From: Geopsychrobacteraceae bacterium
Lineage (GTDB): Bacteria; Desulfobacterota; Desulfuromonadia; Desulfuromonadales; Geopsychrobacteraceae
NCBI GenBank assembly: GCA_963676795.2
Contig: CAXXTB010000002.1
Coordinates: 1,024,001-1,088,000, forward strand
DNA: 64,000 nucleotides
Direction: 5' to 3'
Shown: positions 18,721 to 29,714 of the stretch, one piece after another
Layout: every line of letters begins with the position of its first letter
How positions within the stretch are numbered: position 1 is the stretch's first letter
Translations under genes and position numbers: made by a program
Notes under the pieces: model-generated
What the model saw: the letters and a program-made list of their open reading frames with translations, nothing else
What the model was told of the DNA's origin: nothing
Database searches by the model: none

Positions 18721-19152
18721 ATGGATCGCACTGCGACATTTAATGAATTCCTGCGTGAAAAAGGTCTGAAAAACACCAGTCAAAGAATGCTGATTCTTGA
18801 GGCTTTCCTCAATTCAGATTCGCATTATTCGACCGAAGACCTCTACCTCAAGCTGCGTCAGGAGAATCCGAAAATCGGTTACGCGACGGTTCACCGGACT
18901 CTTAAGCTGCTGGCTGAATCGGGACTGGCCATTGAGTTGAACTTTGGCGACGGACAGGCCCGCTTTGAACCTGTTCATGAAGCCGAACATCACGATCATC
19001 TGGTCTGTACCAAGTGCGGGCTGATAATCGAGTTTGAAGAGCCGCGTATCGAGACGCTGCAGAACGAAGTTGCCAAGCGCTATAACTTTAAGATTCAGTC
19101 CCATCGCCATGAACTGTACGGGCTTTGTCAGGACTGTGCGAAAAAAGCTTAA
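18721..19152 (+). CDS. fur: Ferric uptake regulator
   Basis: GLKNTSQR, HYSTEDLY, ATVHRTL, HHDHLVCTKCG, GLCQDC. Confidence 0.9.
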   Translation: MDRTATFNEFLREKGLKNTSQRMLILEAFLNSDSHYSTEDLYLKLRQENPKIGYATVHRTLKLLAESGLAIELNFGDGQARFEPVHEAEHHDHLVCTKCGLIIEFEEPRIETLQNEVAKRYNFKIQSHRHELYGLCQDCAKKA

Positions 19153-19194
19153 TCACGGGCAAAGACACGTTACATTAGAAAGATCCCCCCTCTT

Positions 19195-21153
19195 ATGTCA
19201 GATCAGCAGGAAAATTCGTTAAAGATCATTCTGGTCGGAAACCCGAATGTCGGCAAGAGCGTACTGTTCAACATGCTGACCGGTGCCTACACCACGGTTT
19301 CCAATTACCCCGGAACCTCTGTGGAGGTTTCGCGGGGCAGCTGTACGATCAACCAGTGTGATTGTGAGGTTCTCGATACCCCCGGCATGTATTCGATGAT
19401 GCCGATTACCGAGGAGGAACGTGTCGCCAGACGCATCCTCCTGGTTGAACAACCGCATGCCGTTATTCACGTCATCGATGCTCGTAATATCGAGCGGATG
19501 CTGCCGATGACGATTCAGCTGATCGAAGCACGGCTGCCGGTCATCCTGGTCGTCAATATCCTCGATGAAGCCGAGCGCCTCGGCATGAAGTTCGATCTTG
19601 AACGCCTGGAGCAGAATCTGGGGATACCGGTGATCGGCGCAGTGATGAAGAGAAAGATCGGGCTCGAGGAGCTGAAGCAAAAGATCTCAGGTTTTTCACC
19701 AAAGCCGCATGCGTCCTTTTGCTATGCGGACGACCTGGAGAAGGATATCGACGACGTCGCGGCGCAGCTGAAAGGACAGTACCGGTTGAGTCAACGGGCC
19801 GTCGCAATCCTGCTGCTGCAGAAGGATGAGGATATCCAGCAGCTGGTCACTGAGCAGGAAGGGCCGCGCTGTCTCATGGCCTTGACCGGTCTGGTCCATG
19901 AGATCTCGTTCAAGCGGCGCGCTGATCTGCATCTGCAGATCAGCCTGGAGCGACGCAAGATCTGTCAACAGATGCTGGCTGATGTTGTCACCGAGCAAGC
20001 ACAGGACAGGGAGCTGTTCGGTGAAAAACTCTCGCGCTGGATGGTCAATCCCTGGAGCGGGGTGCCGATTCTGCTGATCGTCGTCTATCTGGCTCTGTAC
20101 AAATTTGTCGGCGGCTTCGGGGCGGGAACGCTGGTCGATCTGATCGAAGGCCACCTGTTTGAAACCTACATCAATCCTCCGGTCATCGAACTGGCCCGCA
20201 GGTATCTGACCGCTAACTGGCTCTATGAGCTGATCGCCGGGGAGTATGGGCTCTGGACCCTGGGGATCCGTTATGCTGTCGCCCTGGTCCTGCCGATCGT
20301 CGGTTCCTTCTTTCTGGTTTTTTCCCTGCTGGAGGACTCCGGGTATTTTCCGCGTCTGGCGCTGCTGGTCGACCGCGTGTTCAAAAAGATCGGGCTGTCC
20401 GGCCGCGCTGTGATTCCGATGGTTCTCGGCTTCGGCTGCGATACCATGGCAACCCTGGTGACCCGGACTCTGGAATCGAAACGGGAACGGATTATCGCGA
20501 CGTTGCTGCTCGCTCTGGCAATCCCCTGCAGTGCCCAGTTCGGTGTCATCCTTGGCCTGCTGTCGATTTCTCCGCTGGCTCTGGCCGTCTGGGTTGTCGT
20601 CCTGCTTGGCATCTTTCTGGTTGTCGGTATGCTGTCCGGGCGCTTGATGCCGGGCGAACCTCCGGTATTCTATATGGAGATACCGCCGCTGCGGCCGCCC
20701 CAGTTGCGTAACGTGCTGATCAAGACCCTGACCCGGATGCAGAGTTATTTTGTCGAGATTCTGCCACTCTTCCTCTTTGCCTCGGTGATCCTCTGGGCGG
20801 GCAAGATGACCGGCGGACTCGATCGTCTGATCGGGCTGCTGTCGCCGGTTGTCAGGGCTATCGGCTTACCGGAACAGGCGACGACGGCATTTGTCTTCGG
20901 TTTCTTTCGCCGGGATTTTGGCGCGGCGGGGCTCTACGACCTGCAGACCAGCGGCTATCTGACAATCGCTCAGTTGACCGTTGCCGCCGTGACCCTGACT
21001 CTCTTCGTTCCCTGCGTCGCCCAGTTCCTGGTCATGGCCAAGGAGCGCGGAGTGAAGGTCGCTTTTCAGATTCTGGTCTTTGTCACCCTGCTGTCGTTTG
21101 CCGTTGGCTGGGTGCTCAATAAAATTTTAATGATCAGTGGATTGCTGGCATGA
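19195..21153 (+). CDS. feoB: Ferrous iron transporter FeoB
   Basis: GNPNVGKS, NYPGTSVE, DTPG, LEDSGYFPR, GFGC, IPCSAQ, FVPCVA. Confidence 0.95.
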   Translation: MSDQQENSLKIILVGNPNVGKSVLFNMLTGAYTTVSNYPGTSVEVSRGSCTINQCDCEVLDTPGMYSMMPITEEERVARRILLVEQPHAVIHVIDARNIERMLPMTIQLIEARLPVILVVNILDEAERLGMKFDLERLEQNLGIPVIGAVMKRKIGLEELKQKISGFSPKPHASFCYADDLEKDIDDVAAQLKGQYRLSQRAVAILLLQKDEDIQQLVTEQEGPRCLMALTGLVHEISFKRRADLHLQISLERRKICQQMLADVVTEQAQDRELFGEKLSRWMVNPWSGVPILLIVVYLALYKFVGGFGAGTLVDLIEGHLFETYINPPVIELARRYLTANWLYELIAGEYGLWTLGIRYAVALVLPIVGSFFLVFSLLEDSGYFPRLALLVDRVFKKIGLSGRAVIPMVLGFGCDTMATLVTRTLESKRERIIATLLLALAIPCSAQFGVILGLLSISPLALAVWVVVLLGIFLVVGMLSGRLMPGEPPVFYMEIPPLRPPQLRNVLIKTLTRMQSYFVEILPLFLFASVILWAGKMTGGLDRLIGLLSPVVRAIGLPEQATTAFVFGFFRRDFGAAGLYDLQTSGYLTIAQLTVAAVTLTLFVPCVAQFLVMAKERGVKVAFQILVFVTLLSFAVGWVLNKILMISGLLA

Positions 21154-21338
21154 TCTGTGGCTTCTGCCATAAGGAAATTCCCGATGAAAAAGTCGGCAAC
21201 AGGAACGGTGAAGAATCCTGTGGCCGTTGTCTGGGGGGGTGCCGGAAAATCCATTGCCCCTGGTGCGGCTATGCCAATCCGGCTCCCGGCCGTTTGTTGA
21301 GCCGGCTGTTGTCCAAGAAAAAGGATGAGATTGAATGA
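21150..21338 (+). CDS. Small Cys-rich protein (7 Cys) in the feo operon
   Basis: CGFC...CGRCLGGC...CPWC; ATGA overlaps with both neighbours. Confidence 0.7.
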   Translation: MICGFCHKEIPDEKVGNRNGEESCGRCLGGCRKIHCPWCGYANPAPGRLLSRLLSKKKDEIE

Positions 21339-22000
21339 ACAGACTTTCTGATTTGGCTGAAGATATTCTCGAATATCTCTGGATCCATACCGTTGAGGGG
21401 GATGAACTCGGTTGCCTGATGACCGAGCTGAAGGTGACGGCAGACAGCGACGCCGTCAAGGAGTTGAGTGACAGCGCATTTATCGAGATCCGCAACGACC
21501 GTTTGTTTTTGCGCAAGGAAGGTTACGCGGAAGCCCGTATGACGGTTCGCCGTCATCGTCTCGCTGAGCGCCTGACCATGGACATCCTCGGCATTACCGG
21601 CAGTGAAGGGCAGGAGCAGGCCTGCGTCTTTGAGCACCTGCTGCGTCAGGGAGTCGATACCAAACTCTGCACCCTGCTCAACCACCCGACGAGCTGTCCG
21701 CACGGCAAGCCGATTCCGCCGGGAGATTGCTGTATCGAGGCGCGCCGTTCCGGGGAACCGGGGATCGTACCGCTGACTGAGCTGAAGTCCGGCGAGCAGG
21801 CGGAGATCGCCTATCTTGCCGCCAGTGACGACAAGAAGATGCAGAAACTGATGAGCATGGGGGTGCTGCCCGGCAGTCAGATGACCCTGATGCAGAAATT
21901 TCCCAGCTACATTTTCAAGGTGGGTCACTCGCAGTTTGCTGTTGATGATGTCCTGGCCCGTGAGATTCACGTCCGCATGCCGTCACGCAAAGAGCAATAG
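21335..22000 (+). CDS. ideR: DtxR/IdeR-family metal-dependent regulator with C-terminal FeoA domain
   Basis: RRHRLAER, ACVFEH, PTSCPHGKPIP, FeoA-like KLMSMGVLPG. Confidence 0.85.
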   Translation: MNRLSDLAEDILEYLWIHTVEGDELGCLMTELKVTADSDAVKELSDSAFIEIRNDRLFLRKEGYAEARMTVRRHRLAERLTMDILGITGSEGQEQACVFEHLLRQGVDTKLCTLLNHPTSCPHGKPIPPGDCCIEARRSGEPGIVPLTELKSGEQAEIAYLAASDDKKMQKLMSMGVLPGSQMTLMQKFPSYIFKVGHSQFAVDDVLAREIHVRMPSRKEQ

Positions 22001-22025
22001 GGTCGTAAAACCGGGAGGCTTGGCT

Positions 22026-23306
22026 TCAGTTGAACCAGAGGATATTGATCAGGCCGGCCAGGATCCACATGGCGACAAGCTGGAAACGGTTTTCCTTGAG
22101 CAGTTTCATGCCGCTGACATGGTAGCGGCCGACCATGGCCAGGCCAACCCCTGAGAGTGGGCTTGTTCCCGTGCTGATTCCCCAGACACTCAGGAAGAGA
22201 AAGGCCAGCTGATTCGGATTGATGCCGAGCGGCTGGAGAAACGGACTGACCAGCGCGATACTGACGACCGGGTGCACGCCGATCAGGGCAGCCAGAATCA
22301 TCAGGCCGCTGAAGATCATGAATAGCAGCGGGGAGAACTGGTTCAGCTGCAGGCTGAGCAGATCCGGATAGCTGTCGATGATGGCAACCAGCCCCGAAGA
22401 GAAAACTCCTGCAGCGAGAAACAGGGCAAACTGACTGGAGATGCTGGCCAGCCGCTCACCGATATAGATCCGTGTCTGCCTGATGCGCGGGCGCGGTTTC
22501 ATCAGCAGAAAAGCACCAATCGGTGCGATCAGGGTGATCAGGGTCAGAACCCTCACCCCGGGCAGCAGCTTGTGGCAGATCAGCACGCTGATGGCCAGCA
22601 GGAGCGGTATCGTCAGGCTTTCATAGCGCAGCGGGTATCCTTCGAAATCTTCCATAGTAAAGCGCTTCATGTCGAAATAGCAGACACAGAAGAGCAGCAG
22701 GGCCAGAATGAGTCCCGGCAGGCAGGTTTTAATCCACTGGGAACCCGGAGCGTAGGTCAGAGCCGCACCTGTCGCAACAAAGAAGGGGGACCAGAAGGCT
22801 GCGGCGGTAAAGCCGCGCATCATGGTCAGGGCCTGGGGCAGGGTAACTTTCTGTTCCCTGGCCAGGCGGTCGCCGACGACGAAAATGATCGAGATATTGA
22901 TGATCGCACCGAGCAGGTGACAGGTCAGCAGGGTGCTCAGGAAGCCTTTGTTTCCTCTGGGCTGCTTCAGCCTGTTCTCGGTCGGGTTGGTCAGTGATAA
23001 AAAGGAGACGGCGGTAAACATAGCCAGCAGCGGCAGGTTGCTGCCGAGCGCCATGGCCCAGCGGATATGCGTCCCTAGGCCTAGGGCCCAGCCGATCATG
23101 GCCGCTCCGGCTCCAAGCAGAACCAGTGCCTGTTTGCGGGCTGAGCGCCCCATCCCCGGTAACGACAGGATAACCGCAACCCAAGCGGCCAGAGCCGGAA
23201 TGATCAGGGGCAGCCCAATGGCCAGCATGAGCAGGTAGCTGAGCATACAGAGGGCTATCGAGTAGCCGATAACCGCTGTGCGTTGACGTCGATCTGGAAG
23301 TTTCAT
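22026..23306 (-). CDS. Polytopic membrane protein, possible transporter
   Basis: 426 aa with about 11-12 hydrophobic segments; RGFTAAAFWSPFF motif; family not firmly recognised. Confidence 0.65.
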   Translation of the reverse strand: MKLPDRRQRTAVIGYSIALCMLSYLLMLAIGLPLIIPALAAWVAVILSLPGMGRSARKQALVLLGAGAAMIGWALGLGTHIRWAMALGSNLPLLAMFTAVSFLSLTNPTENRLKQPRGNKGFLSTLLTCHLLGAIINISIIFVVGDRLAREQKVTLPQALTMMRGFTAAAFWSPFFVATGAALTYAPGSQWIKTCLPGLILALLLFCVCYFDMKRFTMEDFEGYPLRYESLTIPLLLAISVLICHKLLPGVRVLTLITLIAPIGAFLLMKPRPRIRQTRIYIGERLASISSQFALFLAAGVFSSGLVAIIDSYPDLLSLQLNQFSPLLFMIFSGLMILAALIGVHPVVSIALVSPFLQPLGINPNQLAFLFLSVWGISTGTSPLSGVGLAMVGRYHVSGMKLLKENRFQLVAMWILAGLINILWFN

Positions 23307-23521
23307 GGTTATTGCCTGGCAAAAAACGTATTTTTGGGCGGATTGTCCGCTTCGGTTTCAGTGTTTACACCCTATTTTGCAAAAAGGGAACCGGTTGCCC
23401 CGCTGGCGGGTTAAAATATTACCGCTATTTTTTTTCGGTGGATTGTTTTTTTTTAAAAAATTCGGCTATACTGCGCGACTATTCAGTTACCCGTGTAAAA
23501 TCAGAAAAAGAGGAGCCAGAG

Positions 23522-24617
23522 ATGTTTCGTGAACCGAAAGAGACCGTCAAGGAATTGAAAGAAAAACTCCAGGACTTATGGAGGTATCTTTGACGTCCCG
23601 GACAAAACGGAACGTGTCGCTGAGCTTGAGGCTGAAATAGCCCAGCCCGATTTCTGGAATCAGGGGGACAAGGCTCAGGAAATTCTTAAGGAAAGAACCC
23701 GCCTGCAGAAGATTGTCGAGGATTGCAATTCGGCAAAACAGCAGCTTGACGATCTCGATGTGTTGATTGAACTCGGTGAAGAAGGGGAAGATGAAGAAAC
23801 CCTGGCCGAGGTCCACAGCCTGCTTCCCGACCTGGAGAAGCAGATCAACCAGATGGAATTTGCCCGGATGCTCTCCGGCGATCATGACGCCAACAATGCC
23901 ATTGTCAGCATCAATGCCGGTGCCGGCGGGACCGAGGCTCAGGACTGGGCCAATATGCTGCTGCGTATGTATCTGCGCTATTGTGAGCGCAGAGGGTTCA
24001 AGACGGAATTCACCGAATATCAGGATGGTGACGAGGCGGGCCTTAAAAGTGCAACCTTCACCGTTGAAGGGGATTATGCCTTCGGTTACCTAAAGGCTGA
24101 AAACGGCATTCACCGCCTGGTGCGGATCTCGCCGTTCGACTCTAATGCACGGCGCCATACCTCTTTCTGTTCGGTCCATGTCTTTCCGGAGCTTGATGAT
24201 TCGGTCGAGGTGAGCATCGAAGACAAGGATATCAAGGTCGACACCTTCCGCGCCAGTGGCGCCGGTGGTCAGCATATCAACAAGACCGATTCGGCGATCC
24301 GGATTACCCATATCCCGACCGGTATCGTCGTGGCCTGTCAGAATCAGCGTTCCCAGCACAGCAACAAGGCAACAGCCATGAAGCAGTTGCAGGCGCGTCT
24401 TTATGAACTGGAAATGCGCAAGAAAGAGGAAGAAGCCGCTTCGATCTCCGAAGAAAAGAAGGAGATCGGCTGGGGCAGCCAGATCCGTTCTTATGTACTG
24501 CACCCCTACCGGATGGTCAAGGATCACCGCACCAGTTATGAGACCGGCAACACTGATGCCGTTCTCGATGGTGGGCTGGATGAATTCATCGAAGCCTACC
24601 TGCTTAAGGGAAAATGA
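23522..24617 (+). CDS. prfB: Peptide chain release factor 2 with programmed +1 frameshift
   Basis: MFREPK...LWRYL then CTT TGA C at 23588-23594 with internal GGAGG; the +1 frame continues DVPDKTERV...SPF...GGQ. Confidence 0.96.
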
Positions 24618-24748
24618 TTTAAACTTGATGCGATGCTTGTGAAGGTGGAAAAAACTGACACTTGCCAAGCTTGATACAGCAGCACAGCCGGGTCTTCAGT
24701 ACCTTATTTCATGCGGCGCTTTTAAATGAAAAAAAGCGCCGTTTGTCA

Positions 24749-26299
<1,551 letters not shown>

Positions 26300-26300
<1 letters not shown>

Positions 26301-27859
26301 TGGCGGATATTCATAACGAAAAGATCCTGATTCTCGATTTCGGTTCCCAGTACACCCAGCTGATCGCCAGACGGGTGCGTGAAAGTCATGTTTACTGTGA
26401 GCTGCACCCCTTCGATATGGCGCTTGACGAGATCAAGGCCTTCAAGCCGAGCGGTATCATCCTCTCCGGCGGGCCGAAATCGGTCTACGAAGAAGGCGCT
26501 CCAAAGGTCGAAGAGGAGCTGTTCGAGCTGGGGATTCCGGTTCTCGGTATCTGTTACGGCATGCAGCTGATGAGTCGTCACTTCGGTGGCGAGGTCGTTG
26601 CCGCCGGCAAGCGCGAGTTCGGCCATGCCGATCTGTTCAGTCAGGGGGCTCCGGGGCCACTGTTCGACGGGTTCTTCGCTGACGGGAAGAGTTCCGTCTG
26701 GATGAGCCACGGTGACCATGTTTCGGTTATGCCGCAGGGGTTCGAGGTGGTTGCGCATACCGCCAATGCTCCGGTCTGTGCCATTCAGAATATTGAGCGT
26801 AGCCTCTATGGTGTTCAGTTCCATCCGGAAGTCAATCACACCCCTAAGGGCGACGTGCTGCTCAATACCTTTGTCCGTGGTATCTGTGATTGCCAGGGAC
26901 AGTGGACTCCGGGCAAGATTATCGAGGATGCCATTGTGCGGATCCGTGAGCAGGTCGGCAGCGAGCAGGTCATTCTCGGCCTGTCCGGCGGTGTCGATTC
27001 TTCTGTTGCCGCAGCTCTGATCCACCGTGCCATCGGTGATCAGCTGCATTGTGTTTTCGTTGATAACGGCCTGCTGCGCCTCAACGAAGGGGATCAGGTC
27101 ATGGCCACCTTCGCCCAGAACATGGGAGTCAAGGTCACCCGGGTCAATGCTCAGCAGCGTTTTTACGATGCCCTGGCCGGTGAGGCTGATCCTGAGAAGA
27201 AACGCAAGATTATCGGTAAGCTGTTTGTCGATATCTTCGAAGAGGAATCGAAGAAGGTTGAGGATGCCACCTTCCTGGCACAGGGAACCATCTATCCGGA
27301 TGTCATCGAGTCGGCCGGAGCCAAAACCGGCAAGGCACACAACATCAAGAGCCATCACAATGTCGGCGGTCTGCCCGAGTACATGAAACTGACGCTGCTG
27401 GAACCACTGCGCGAGCTGTTCAAGGACGAAGTCAGGGCAATCGGCGAAGAGCTCGGACTGCCGCATGCCATGGTCTGGCGCCATCCGTTCCCGGGACCGG
27501 GGCTTGGTGTCCGTGTCCTTGGTGAGGTCAGGGAAGAGTACTGCGATATCCTGCGCCGGGCTGATGCGATCTATATCGATGAGCTGTACGAAACCGGTCA
27601 TTATCACAAGATCAGCCAGGCTTTCGCCGTCTTCCTGCCGGTCAAGTCGGTCGGGGTCATGGGGGACGGGCGTACCTACGAGTATGTCGTTGCGCTGCGT
27701 GCTGTCGAGACCAAGGATTTCATGACTGCCGGCTGGTATCCGATGCCCTATGCCGATCTGGCCCGCATCAGTAACCGGATTATCAATGAGGTCAAAGGGG
27801 TCAATCGGGTTGTCTACGATATCTCGAGCAAGCCACCGGCGACGATCGAGTGGGAATAA
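26300..27859 (+). CDS. guaA: GMP synthase (glutamine-hydrolyzing)
   Basis: [41 protein letters not shown]. Confidence 0.97.
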
Positions 27860-27887
27860 ATAAGGAGAGTAAGATCATTACTCTGGC

Positions 27888-27922
27888 AAAGAGGCTGTCT
27901 GAATATCAGGCGGCCTCTTTTT
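27888..27922 (+). terminator. Intrinsic terminator after guaA
   Basis: AAAGAGGCTGTCTG...CAGGCGGCCTCTTTTT. Confidence 0.8.
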
Positions 27923-28151
27923 GGTTTTTCCTCGGCTGGAGAACCGCTGAACTGTGAAGAATTTGCAACAACCCTGAGTTTTTTGCGCCACTGGCAGAGG
28001 GACTTTTGGCTCGTGATATCTGTTGCTGGCGAAATTTTTACTGTTAAAACAGGAATATAACTAAACAGTAGAGAATTGTTTTTTGAAGGGATTTGGGTAT
28101 GTTTCATGCAGAAGTTCTGTTTTTAATTAAAATGAAAAGGAATGATTTTCT

Positions 28152-29714
28152 ATGATTTTTCGTTGTTTAGCAAAACCTCTATGTTTCCTTCTGCTGCTGT
28201 TGCTTTTGTTCGCCGTAAACAAGACCGTACTGGCTTCACAGTTCTTTGATTTTGCATCTCTTGCCTCTCAGGCTGAAGAACTGGCCAGTCATGACTACCT
28301 GACGCCTGAACCACTGTCTGAGATTCTGGCCTCCTTGAGCTACGATGACTGGCGTAATATCCGTCAGCGTCCCGATAAGGCCTATTGGCGGGAGTCAAAA
28401 CGGCCGTTTAATCTGCAATTCTTTCATCCTGGCTTTGTTTACGACCGGAGTGTGCGGATCAATATCCTTGCCAAAGGGCAGATCAGTCCACTCAACATAC
28501 AGCGCGACTGGTTTGATTACAGTGGCGTTCAACTGGCACCGCAGATCCCTGAACAGGTGGGGGCGGCCGGTTTCCGGGTTCATTATCCGCTCAAAACCAG
28601 AAAATACTTCGACGAGTTTCTGGTGTTCCTCGGCGGCAGTTACCTGCGCGGGGTCAGCAAGGAGACCAGATACGGACTTTCTGCGCGAGGCCTGGCTATC
28701 GATACGGCGTTACCCAAAGGTGAAGAGTTTCCCTGGTTCCGGGAGTTCTGGATCGAAGAGCCGCATGAGGGAGCCAAAACTCTGGTGATCTACGCTCTGC
28801 TCGACAGTCCCAGCGTAACCGGCGCATATAAATTCATCGCGACTCCGGGGGCTGAAACGGTCATCGATGTGACCAGTCGGGTATTTTTCCGGCACGAGGT
28901 TGAAAAAGTCGGTATTGCACCGCTTACCAGTATGTACTTTTTCGGCGAAAACAACCGTTCTCCCGGTTATGCCGATTTCCGTCCGGAAGTTCATGATTCA
29001 GACGGATTGCAGATCGCATTCGGAACCGGCGAGTGGTTGTGGCGGCCGTTACACAATCCGAAGCACCTGCAGGTCAACAGTTTCAAAGCGATCAACATCA
29101 AGGGGTTTGGCCTTTTGCAGCGAGACCTGAAATTTGCCAGTTATGAAGACCTGGAGGCATTTTACCATGAAAGGCCGAGTCTCTGGATCGAACCGACCTC
29201 TGATTGGGGGGAAGGGCAGGTTGAGTTGGTCCAGATCCCCACCAGGGATGAGATTCACGACAACGTTGTCGCCTATTGGGTGCCTAAGGATCGGCCGCAG
29301 GCAGGAACCAGCCGTGCTTTCAGCTACCGCATGAGATGGAGTGACGGCTCGGGTTTTCAGCCTCCTGGAGCGCGCGTCGTTGCGACCCGGAGCGGTTTTG
29401 AGCAGGACGGTGCCGTGCGCCGGATTGTCGTCGATTTTTCCGGTGACAATCTGACTACAGCCCAGGAGTCGGAACTAGCCGCAAACGTCAGTGCCAGCGC
29501 CGGAGCGACCGTCCGTAATATTACCGTGCAGAAGAATGACGCCGATAATACCTGGCGGCTCAGTTTCGAACTGCTGACCGAGCCCGTGTCGCCTATCGAA
29601 AAGGTCCTCCCCGACAAGGGGAACGTCATAGAACTCAGAGCCTTTCTGACCCGTGGTGTCGACGTCGTTTCGGAAACCTGGAGTTACAACGTCAGCAGAA
29701 AGGTCAGGCTATGA
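28152..29714 (+). CDS. opgG: Periplasmic glucan biosynthesis protein OpgG/MdoG
   Basis: Signal peptide; FLGGSYLR, YGLSARGLAIDT, EEFPWFREFW, RPEVHDSDGL, DEIHDNVVAYW, ETWSY. Confidence 0.9.
   Translation: MIFRCLAKPLCFLLLLLLLFAVNKTVLASQFFDFASLASQAEELASHDYLTPEPLSEILASLSYDDWRNIRQRPDKAYWRESKRPFNLQFFHPGFVYDRSVRINILAKGQISPLNIQRDWFDYSGVQLAPQIPEQVGAAGFRVHYPLKTRKYFDEFLVFLGGSYLRGVSKETRYGLSARGLAIDTALPKGEEFPWFREFWIEEPHEGAKTLVIYALLDSPSVTGAYKFIATPGAETVIDVTSRVFFRHEVEKVGIAPLTSMYFFGENNRSPGYADFRPEVHDSDGLQIAFGTGEWLWRPLHNPKHLQVNSFKAINIKGFGLLQRDLKFASYEDLEAFYHERPSLWIEPTSDWGEGQVELVQIPTRDEIHDNVVAYWVPKDRPQAGTSRAFSYRMRWSDGSGFQPPGARVVATRSGFEQDGAVRRIVVDFSGDNLTTAQESELAANVSASAGATVRNITVQKNDADNTWRLSFELLTEPVSPIEKVLPDKGNVIELRAFLTRGVDVVSETWSYNVSRKVRL

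Noticed and set aside
23312..23759. prfB as a broken pseudogene
   Set aside because: The canonical programmed frameshift signal is present.
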